A stretch of 64,000 nt of DNA. It comes from Octopus sinensis. Its lineage: Eukaryota. The stretch is from positions 42,284,001 through 42,348,000 of the forward strand of contig NC_043000.1 of assembly GCF_006345805.1 (NCBI RefSeq), in the 5' to 3' direction. The notes under the pieces were generated by a model, which ran no database searches, was not told the origin of the DNA, and saw only the letters and a list, made by a program, of their open reading frames with translations. This document shows positions 53,014 to 64,000 of this stretch, one piece after another (within the stretch, counting starts at the first letter, position 1; every line of letters begins with the position of its first letter). Both the position numbers and the translations under genes were made by a program.

Positions 53014-53644
53014 ACTGACACAAGACAATTGCCACCTCCTGTCAACTATAAGAAACAGTCGAAAATCCTATTCGCTATAAAACTCGCTGCTACGTTTTTC
53101 TATTTCCCCATCAGGCTGAAATCATCGTTACTTCGTCGTTTTCAACTAACCGATAGAACAACAAAGCAGTACTGATAGGTCTTCTCACTATGTCTAATAG
53201 ATGTCCTGAAAAGAACATGAGATCCAGCAGTCTGAATGTGAACTTATTGATTGTTTGTTCCGTATCTCGTATAATTTTGTATCCGGATACTATAAGCCCT
53301 GTTGCACAGGCAGTAAGTCTCTCTTCTCTGTGCTGTGTAAGTAAAAGCAAGCGCCGATACACCTAGATATCAGTGTCAATGCAGGCGTGTTCACAACGTA
53401 AACTACTAGAACAAATACTGCAAGGCCTTTTAGTCGACTCTATTAAGATTCTGACGATCCATCACCTTTAAACAGGGGTTAGACAAAATAATGGAAACAA
53501 CTAGCATCATAGTACCATAATTTTGAAATATCTATAAAATCGCCAAAAGCTTGTTTATTTTTATGTTTTTTTTTATTTATTGTTAGTGTTGCTTAATATG
53601 TTTTGCTAAAATTGCTGTTTCTTTTTAGATATCATCAGAAAAAG

Positions 53645-54120
53645 GTAATTAAAATTCATTAAAAGGACAGATCTATCGGACCTTCAAAGAGGTCAAATTG
53701 CTGGTGCTCGTATGTCAGGCGCTAGCTTAACGAAAACAGCCGAAATATTTGGTGTATCAAGAAGTACAATCTCGAAATTAATGACAGTCTTTGAGAAAGA
53801 GGGACAAACCTCTTTGTTGAAAGAAAACTCCGGAAGAAAACCAAAACTTTCAGATTGGGACCGTCGGACTCTTACGCGAATTGTTAGAAAGGATCACAAA
53901 AGTGCAGCTCCGAAAATTACTGCAGAGTTTAATGACCACCTCGATAATGCAGTTTCCACAAAAACTGTTCGCCGGGAGCTGCACAAAGCTGGATTTCACG
54001 GGAGAATGGCAATCAGAAAACCACTACTTGCAAAAACAAACGTTGCAAAGCGTTTAGAGTGGAGTAAAAACCTACAGAATTGGTCCCTAGAGCAGTGGAA
54101 GAATGCAATTTTCTCGGACA
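53645..54120 (+). pseudogene. Tc1-family transposase, N-terminal half (paired-like HTH), truncated at the first catalytic Asp
   Basis: LSDLQRGQIAGAR..SLTKTAEIFGVSRSTISK..GRKPKLS..VSTKTVRRELHKAG..RKPLL..RLEW..WKNAIFSD, then runs into (CA)n. Confidence 0.92.
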
Positions 54121-54150
54121 CACACACCACACACACACACACATACATAT

Positions 54151-54191
<41 letters not shown>

Positions 54192-55247
54192 TAAATATAT
54201 ATAACCTACATACAGTCATACAAAGACACCCACGCACGCACATGCTCGAGTGATATAAATCATAATCTAATAAAGCGAAATATATATATATTTATTGTGT
54301 CAGGTCAGATGATGAAATTACAGTTACGTAATCGAATACAACCAGTGTCATAATTAGGTTGTCGTTAAAATAACTGGTAGCAACACTGATGAGTCGCATT
54401 GTTATACATGGAAGGCAAATGCACACTCCAAGAAGAAAAAATACATCTCTACAAGAGTATCCTAGAAACTGATACACGATCCAATTAAGGCGTTTAGGTC
54501 TAATTTTACTAACTCTCTTGCCACCTATCTCACCATGTCGCCTCTCTTACGCGCTGTGACTTTGCGTTTTCTTGCCTTTTCTCTGAGAAAATGCGAGGCC
54601 AGAACGTCTAAGATGGGGTTTTCTCTTTGATCGAGAGAAGACCGTAATAAATGTACAAGATATCACACCCGCCCTACAATAGTCGTGGTTAGAAATACCA
54701 TCATCACTACCACACCTTACGCAGAAGTAAACTGAGGACATGTACTGTTAATGGATGATTCGTACTGCTTTTGTCACCACCTCTGAGTCAACAAGCGCGC
54801 GCCATTCACATATATATTTACACTGACAGCCATTATTTTTTTTACATAATTCTGCATTACTATGGCTTTCAAATTTTTTTACTTCAGGCAGTTTATATGC
54901 TATGTACCAACCTAATGTTTCTTTAGATAACACCTAAACTGTCAGCAAAGAACTACTTTAAATTCGCATACATACATGTCTGTGTGTGAATGTGCGTATC
55001 TGTGCATGTGCATGCGTATATGTAGATTAAAATAACGTTGTGCTTTATACTTATAATGTATATATAAATATACGACTGCACCAACCGTCATAGTTTGTCT
55101 GAGAAAATTTTTCAGAGACTTGCATATTAAAAATTTCATAGCTTTCCAATTATGTCGTTGGTGGATCATCTAATATGGTTTCCTTGACGACAGGCGCACT
55201 CGGACATTCTTAAAATAGGGATGTTTTTAACCGAGGAGACCAAATTA

Positions 55248-55525
55248 CGAGGTGCATTCTATAACGTTTGAGACTTTTGTTATGGAGAGGTAGTCGTAGT
55301 CTATTGTAATTTTAATATGTACAATTTTGTACATCTAATAAGTTGAACTGCAAACTTGTGTTATTTCAGATTGAAGGAGACGGCTGTAACAGTTGAATAG
55401 TTAGCAGAATACAGTCTGAAGGTGAAGACAATTTGGAAGATCGCTATGTAAACTTTAGTTTTGTGATAACGTGGACAAAAATACTGCAGAAGCTTATAAA
55501 ATGCTCCAGACTGCTTACAGATTAA
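55248..55525 (+). mobile_element. mariner 5' fragment
   Basis: TA followed by a cgaggtgcattc TIR-like start; DKNTAEAYKMLQTAY..CMSR matches the mariner N-terminal K.ATET..ML..AYG..CMSR pattern. Confidence 0.6.
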
Positions 55526-55613
55526 CTTGTATGAGCCGAGACATTTATTTTACACCAGGCAAAGCAAGGCGTCAAAGAAAGTGCATCAGTCCACAATTCT
55601 TAGTAAACAACTG

Positions 55614-56123
55614 CCGTAAATCCTCGAGTATAATCCGCATTTTCCCCCCAAACTTTTACGGTCAAAATCCCCAGTGCCTACTATATACGAGGTTAAAAAT
55701 GAAAATTATTTTCTAAGCAACATCCCTGTCTCCATTTGCTGTCTGGCTACGTTTATTCAAAGGCATTTTGTGATGTCGGGCGCGAAAATACCTTAAGCTA
55801 AGCCTGTAAGCAATGAAGTCATAAAAGAATCATCCATAACTTGCAGTAAGCAACGTTACTAGTGTTATTACTGTTAGTTCTTTATTTTCTGCAAACAAAA
55901 TGTACAAAAAAGCTACACGTTTGCATTATGTTATATATACAATAATAATAAAGGACGTTACCGTATACACTTTTACAAACCAAGGACGTTATATAGACCT
56001 CCTTGACTCAAGTTAGAGAAGGGGTGCGTATTATAGACAAGGTTTAGGTTTTTCAGAGGTACAACCCCCTAAAAATCCTCTGCGTATTATACTCAAGGGC
56101 GGACTATACGCGAGGATTTACGG
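55614..56123. mobile_element. Tc2/pogo-type MITE, 510 bp
   Basis: 25-bp TIRs CCGTAAATCCTCGAGTATAATCCGC and (reverse complement) CCGTAAATCCTCGCGTATAGTCCGC; TA on the right, TG on the left. Confidence 0.85.
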
Positions 56124-56309
56124 TACTTGATAGAGATAGGCATTAAAACTCTCCTTCACCTTCCTTTCACGTCTCTATTTGGTTTCACAGACCACCATAT
56201 TTATTTGTTGCCGTATAATACCACATACATTTGTTGCCGTAGTGTACTACATATATTAATTATCGTATAGTACCATATGCATAGTTTCTGTATGGTACTC
56301 TTTTGTATT

Positions 56310-57200
56310 TTTTTTATTTGTTTATTTCAGTTATTAGGTCGTGACTATGCTGGGCACTGCCTTGAAGAGTTTAGTCGCAGAAATCGACCTCAGAACTTAT
56401 TGTTTTAAAGTTTAATACTAATTTCATTGGTTTCTTTTGCTGAATTACTAATTTAGGGTATGTAAACAGTTGTCAAGTGATGGTGGTGGGGACAAACTCA
56501 AAGACACGCACATACATACATACATACATACATACATACATACATGCATACATACATACATGCATGCATGCATGCATGCATGCATGCATACATACATACA
56601 TACATACATACATACATACATACATGCATGCATGCATGCATGCATGCATGCATACATACATACATACATACATACATACATACATACATACATACATACA
56701 TACATAACGGGAAGGTTTACGAAAATAAACAAAAGAAGAAGGTAGGTGGAGTACAAACAAACAAATGTATTAGTATGGCGCTCAGGAATAGAAATAAAAC
56801 AAGTCTTTTACGTTTCGAGCCTACGCTCTTCGACAGAAAGATACACAGAAAAAAAACAAGGAGAGAAACAAGGAGAGAAAAAAATACGTGTAGGAGCTAA
56901 CGATCTATCATGGCGTCCTGACTTCGGGCAGTGGTCAGACGCTAGAGGGACAGTAGGGGAGATAACAGGGTCAAGTGACATACATACATACATACATACA
57001 TACATACATACATACATACATACATACATACGTACACACATACATACATACATACATACATACGTACGTACGTACATATATACATATATGCATACGACGG
57101 GTTTCCATACAGTTTCTGTCTACCATATTTACTCATACGGCATTAATCGGTCCAGGAATATTGTAGAAGACACCTAAGATGCTATGCAGTGGTTGCGAAA
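56310..57200 (-). mobile_element. Old SINE family A split by microsatellites and a nested HHR repeat
   Basis: Tail part at 56310-56495, head-side part at 57090-57200. Confidence 0.6.
56705..56975 (-). mobile_element. Short hammerhead-bearing Penelope-like repeat, copy 3 (HHR at 56804-56841)
   Basis: tcttt CUGUCGA a GAGC guag GCUC GAAAC GUA aaaga. Confidence 0.75.
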
Positions 57201-58209
57201 CGAATTTCTTAATCACACAAGAGTAACTATTTTCCTTGCTGTAGACACGCATATTTACTATTGTCTAGTACCATGTGTACTAATCGTTGCATAGTACCAC
57301 GTATATGTGTTGCCGTATTCTATTATATATTTGCTACCTTTGTGCAATATATTTATTATGATACAGCATCAGATGTATTTATTGTCTAGTACCACATATA
57401 TTTATTGTGACAGAGTACCACAGATATTTATTTCTGTCTAATACCAACTGTATTTGTTACCATATAGCACCATATATATCTATTACCGTATTGTGCAACA
57501 TATATTTATATTCATCAAAATAATTATATATTTCTTCCTAATACAACAAAATAAAATTATCTAAATCACGTACGAATTGTCTGTCATTTTGTTTTGTCTT
57601 GCTTTCGTTTCTATTTTGCTTATCATCATTAATTCTATTGGCATCATTACTAACTAGCATATTTACAATAGATAGACACATTATACAGAATTTCGGCATT
57701 CTGTCTCCGTCAAGAGTCATTTGTAGGGGATGGCAATCAATTTTGAAATAAATAAGTATATAAATACAAAAGAAAATAAAGAAATATATATATATAAAAA
57801 AAAAACTGTTTCTAAAGAAATAATAATCAACTTAGTTTATCTAATATTTCAATGGTCTAATTATTATCTATAGAATTATTGTCCAGTTTAGCGACCTCTT
57901 TTGCGAAATCTATACGAATTCCAGCTTAACGAAAGAGAAGGTATGTTTTCTATCCTCTCTTTGTTGTTGTAATTTTTATTATCACTATTTTTCAAATTTA
58001 TATTTCCAAAATAAACAAAACATTTCATCATCTAGTATACGATTATTGTTTGTCATACACACACACATATATATAAAATATGTGCGTATGGGTGTATGTA
58101 TATGTACGAGAAACAACTGCGTCAGCAACCGCAACAATGGAAATAGCAGCATCACGACTACTAGTGGCACCACTCCTCCTCCTCCTCCTCCTCCTCCTCC
58201 TCCTCCTCC

Positions 58210-58251
<42 letters not shown>

Positions 58252-58729
58252 ACAGCAAGCAACAAAAGCCGTAGCAAGAATACCAAGCACAGCAATAACA
58301 ATAGGAAATAACGTCACATCAGCACCTCCACCCATGAGAAACATCAAATAGCAGCCCTAACTATAAGCAATATGGACACACAGGCACATAGGCACACAGG
58401 TGTACAGGCCCCCCTCCAGCAAAAATCAAACGATACAGTTATCGACGAAAGAGGCACATGGGTGGACATGCAGCTGCACGTCTTCGTCTTTGACTGCTCT
58501 TCTTTATTTAAACCGTTATTTAAACCACGTGGATGAGTAGAGAAGGCCGTAGTAAAGAAACGTGTCGATGAGTGGGATGGAAAAGAGAAGAAATCAAGCA
58601 ACAGTTTGACAACGCTGAAGGGCAAGAGGCTTAACGTGATATCAAAGAAACTGCTAATTACCCACCGACGATGACGTCAACGATGACGAATATTCTTTTG
58701 TACACTAGGCACAAAGCCCGAAATTTTGT

Positions 58730-59074
58730 GGGAGGGGAAGCAGTCGATTAGATCGACCCCAGTACGCAACTGGTACTTAATTTATCGAATAGAAAAGGCA
58801 AAGTTGCCCTCGGCAGAATTTGAACTCAGAACGTAACGGCAGACGAAATACGTATTTCTTTACTGCGCACAAGGGGCTACACACAGAGAAGACAAACAAG
58901 GACAGAAAAATGGATTATATCGACCCCAGTGCGTAACTAGTACTTATTTAATCGACCCCGAAAAGATGAAAGGCAAAGTCGACCTCGGCGGAATTTGAAC
59001 TCAGAACGTAACGGCAGACCAAATACCGCTAAGCATTTCGCCCGGCTAGCTAACGATTCTGCCAGCTCGCCGCC
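58730..59074 (-). mobile_element. Dimeric SINE family B element
   Basis: Same two-unit-plus-linker layout as 17165-17524. Confidence 0.85.
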
Positions 59075-60571
59075 TTACAACGATGACGACTATTCCGACG
59101 ATACTGACAACAGAAGTCACCGCCGCCACCATCACTACCACCACTAAACAAACACCAAGATCTAAACCCACCTTGGCAATATCAACCAGAGCAATAACGA
59201 GTAAGGAAGGAAGCAGCAAAAATATAATCAGAAACTGCTAAGCACGCAATTGACAAAGCAACAAGAAAACATTGCAAAATAACCAGAGCAAAAAAAAAAA
59301 GAAGAAAAAATACACACACATACATACATACACATACACACACACAGGACAAAATGAAAAACAAACATAAAAAAGCAACAATAATCAATGAAATCTACAG
59401 CAGCAGTTACAATAACAGCGACAACAACAGCAGTTACAATAACAACGACAACAGCTATATCATCAACAACCAACAGGCAAATGCATGGAAAACAAAATCC
59501 AGTTCTTCTTGATGTTGTAAATAGAAACGAGTGAGACTCAGCGTTCGCTACTGTGACAGAAAATGGATTGGACAAGAACATTTTACAGGAGGGACCTTTC
59601 AGAAAAATGACTTCTACGCTTTTTATTTTCATTCCCCACTCAACATAACCATGCGTAGTATTAATTTGATGAATGCCTGTGGCCTGAGTTTAGATTAGAA
59701 GCAAGCCTGAAGAACTAGGAGCAAACAATTTCCTTATCAACCCATTCAATTCCACTTAGATTTTCCAAATGAAAAATAACTACATTAAAATGGTAAAAAA
59801 AAAAATGGCTGTAACTAAATATGCTTCAAATGATTAGCGTTAAGCAAGTGATATGTAGATAACTCCATCTTGGAAGTAACTTGTCTCTTGTAGTTATATT
59901 CTCGGTATGATAAAATACATACATCTTATAGATACTTAATTCGATGAGAATGAAAAGTTATTTTAGAAAAAGACCCTGAGACTGCATTTGAACGCACGAC
60001 AGCGTACGTGATATAATACTGTTGTCCAACACAAGATCCATTTCTTTTCTGTGTATTAAGGCAGGCATAAAGAACTATTTAGATTGTCGATTTAATGTTT
60101 CAGTCACATCCACACCTTTCGTACCAACAGCTAAAACAAAATTATCGACGTATTTCCTTAAATGTTTTATTCTGGTTTTATTTTATTTCCTATTCTGACA
60201 CTCGGTTGACCAGCCATAGTATTAAACAAACATACAATGCAAAAGATAATTCATGAAAACCTAGCTAACACCTGCTCCTTCAAACTGAATAGTGTTGCGG
60301 TGCAAATTCCCAATGGTAAGTGAAATTCTCTATATAGATGTAAAATATTTGATTTAGAAATCAGGAGAATGTCTGAGTGTAAATAGACTTTATGTATGTG
60401 TGCAGTGTATGTATGTATGTATGTATGTATGTATGTATGTATGTATGTATGTATGTATGTATGTATGCATATATGTATGTACGCATGTATTGTATGTATG
60501 TATGTATACACACATATATATGTGTGTATGTGTATGAAAATGCACATATCTATTAATGATTATATATACAT

Positions 60572-60657
<86 letters not shown>

Positions 60658-61027
60658 ATATAATATATATATATGAGTTAAATTTTTTAAGGTAAATATT
60701 TAACTCATTCCACAGAGATTTTTTCAGTACTTCGTTATTTTTATATATCTAAAACACTTATATTGCATATATCTATGTATATATTATATATATATGTCTG
60801 TTTGTGTACATATCTATCTATCTATATATATATATATATATATATGTATACATACACGTACACACACATATGTATATACACATATATATGTATATATAAT
60901 ATATATATATATATATGTACACATATATACATACATATATATATATATATATAAAACGCATATACATATGTATATTGATATATGTATGTATATATGCATA
61001 TACACATACATATGTATATAGACGTAC

Positions 61028-61074
<47 letters not shown>

Positions 61075-62607
61075 TGCGTGTGTGTTTGTGTACGTCTGTG
61101 TATGTGTGTGGTGTGGTGTTGATAGATATTCTCTTTCTATACATAAATTGTATTTGTGAAACAATCCAATAGACCTTTGGAAAACTTGTTCTCTCACAAA
61201 ATCGACACCGTTTCTGGTAAACTAAACAATGCAAATAATAACGTTTCTCGATTAGATAGACACATTCTTTAGATGTCAATTGTTTTCTATTGATGTCTAC
61301 TTAGTTTATGTGCAACTAGGCGCCACTGACAACCCTCAATTTCCTCTGAATACAACCAGCGTATTACAGTGTATATCTTTAGTTTACTTTACTTCTTTCA
61401 TAGATTTTTATGTAGTTTATCATCCATTTTCTAGTATAGAGAAATGTCGAATCTCTCAATCAAGATAGATAGGAATCGAACTCGGTAGCATAATTTTACT
61501 ACTAGTTGAAAAGAGTTGAAAAGAGCTTGCTGCTCTTTTCTCATTCACCTCCTATCTTTCATACTCTCATTATCTCTTTACCACTCCTTCACCTCACTCT
61601 CGCTATATCTCTCCCATTCTCACTTTCTCTTTCCCACCCTCCACTTCTTTGTCTGTCTTTGCTTTTCTTGTTTTAATATTCCCGGATGAGTTTTGGAAAC
61701 GTCGGATAGGAAACCTTACGGTATTATGTTACAACTCGTTGCATTCTGGTTTCTAATCGCTCGGAAATCACCATTTCTTTTTTTTTTTATCCTTCAGGTA
61801 TCGATAATATAAAGTACCAATTAAAACTGACGTTGATTTAATCGATCATAATCACTCCTGAAATTTGATTCCTTGTGCCTATATTAAAAATCAATATACA
61901 GCAGTCACAGATTGTAAATACCAGTTTCTAACGAGGGTTATAGTTTCATATTCATTTACGAGAAAGGGAAGAATGGAAACAGAAAACAGTGTGACTTAAA
62001 TAAGGGTCTATGATTCGCATCCTAATTAGTAATCAACATTGCACTGAGACGAAGGTCAAGAAAAGTTATGAAGCTGTCTTTGCTTCCCATGTCTAGCCTA
62101 AAGCCAGTATGGATAGAGTACACTGAAATGTTTCTGGAATACGTATCGGTAACGCCGAGTGCTATAAAAATGTATCGGATATACGCGAGTGCTATTAACG
62201 CTATAATCTAGATAGATGTATCATTGAATTCTACATAAATGTGCACAATTTTTCTAGTAGCTCTTTGCTGAACTGTTCACGGGGAGCAACAGACTTGTTA
62301 CGGTGAACTTCAATGTCTACATCAAAGGTTTTCTACGACTTTTCACCATAGATGCAGAGTACTGCATAAATCAACTTCAGCAGATGATGTGAAGTACATT
62401 CTAAACCCGAAGGACGAACACTGGGAAAAGGGTAAAAAATGTTCATTATTAACCGTTACCTAACAGAAGACTGTTTTTTGATTTACCAACAGAAGTATTC
62501 GGAATATCTGACCACGTATCCATGTGGAGAAAAGGTTTGTCGAAAAATGTTTTTGTTAATAGTGTATGTATGTATGTATGTATGTATGTATGTATGTAGT
62601 ATGTATG

Positions 62608-62697
<90 letters not shown>

Positions 62698-62782
62698 CTC
62701 ATCGGCTATTGAAATATTTAACTGCCTTTGGAAAAAAGTGCTCGCTGAGCTTGACACAGGATGTCAAACAAATCAATAAAAG

Positions 62783-63055
62783 TAAAGGCGTGGTTGTGTT
62801 GTAAGAGACTTGCTTCCCAAGCACATATTTCCGTTTTCAATTCCACTGTATTACACTTTGGGCAAGTGTCTTCGACCAAAGACTTGCAAGAGGACTTGGT
62901 AGACGGAAACTGAAAGAAGCCCGCCGTATATATATATATGTATACACACACACACACAAAACACAACACATATATATATGAATTAATGAATTTTACCTTA
63001 ACCGGTTGATTGCATGCTAACTGCCTGATAAAATCTAACGTAGATTTTATCCTTA

Positions 63056-63088
<33 letters not shown>

Positions 63089-63340
63089 ATATATATATAC
63101 ACACACAATAATGAATCTCTATGAGTGTGTGTATGTGCATTATTCCCCGCACTTCCACTTGACAACCGGTGTTGGTGTGTTTACGTCCCTGTAACCTGGT
63201 GGTTTGGCAAAAGAGACCGACAGAATAAGTACTAGGCTTGAAAAATAAGTCTTGCTGACGATTTATTCGACTAAAACCCTTCAAGGCTGTGCTCCCATCA
63301 TGGCTACAGTTTAATGACTGAAAGAAGTAAAAAGTAAAGC
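62783..63340 (+). mobile_element. SINE family A with an expanded internal microsatellite
   Basis: Head and core at 62783-62925, tail at 63160-63340. Confidence 0.8.
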
Positions 63341-64000
63341 GAAAGATAAAAAGATAAATAAAAGTGCTGTATAACCTAGAGATAAATAAAAACGCAGTGA
63401 AACAGTGTGGGAACAAATGATGTATATCATCCGCAAAAGCAATTTCGTATACTTGATGTCAGATTCTCCGTGCAAATCGAAACGTGGTGCCATCCACCAT
63501 TTCGTTTAAGAACGGGGATTTCGTCCATGAAACATTGTGTATGGTAAAGTGTGTCACGAAGGTGAAGGTGGTGGATGGGCTGCGAGAAATATACATCAGG
63601 TGATTAATAGCGCATGTTGTGTTTGATGTAGTCGAAAGAAGTATTCTACGCGTAGATATCTTAGTCCACTCTAACCAGGAGAAAATTGCAACCATCTCCA
63701 CAAATCAAAGGGGACCACCTCTTCCTTTTTTTATCTCCACTAATACACAAAACTCTTCGCACATCAACTGGTAGACTTGTTACTCAGATACTGCAATTGG
63801 ACTAGAGGCCATCTGTGGTCCTACAATCGGAGAACAGTTTGATTTCTTTAAATGTCTAAGAGCTTTCCAGGGAATGTCTCTATATTTAGTTCTCGTAGTG
63901 AATCGGAATTGCCTTTTAAATGCGCGATGGGCTTGTGTGAAACTAGTGCATAAGAGAATGGAGTGCAATATCCTTAAAATCTGGCTCTGATTCTTCAAGC

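Noticed and set aside
63421-63450. AFADDI as a reverse-transcriptase motif
   Set aside because: Single short motif; flanking RT motifs (e.g. QG) not found.

Overview
AT-rich, microsatellite-saturated eukaryotic DNA. The SINE families and simple-repeat load suggest an octopus or other coleoid cephalopod (inference, no database search). Almost all ORFs in the supplied track are simple-repeat artefacts. No intact host gene is recognisable; at most there are two candidate minus-strand exons near 1.5-2.2 kb. Real content: at least four tRNA-derived SINE families, remnants of L1/Tx1, R4/Dong-type RLE LINE, Penelope-like (GIY-YIG), Tc1, mariner, Tc2/pogo-MITE and hAT-MITE elements, a probable solo LTR, and long perfect palindromes. 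Most notable is a dense set of type I hammerhead ribozyme (HHR) motifs, including a recurrent CUGUNGA core variant. At 8442-10533 an ORF1-only Tx1/L1-like element sits exactly at the helix-I/catalytic-core junction of a tandem ~356-nt hammerhead repeat, flanked by a 26-bp direct repeat. All structures and alignments were made by eye.
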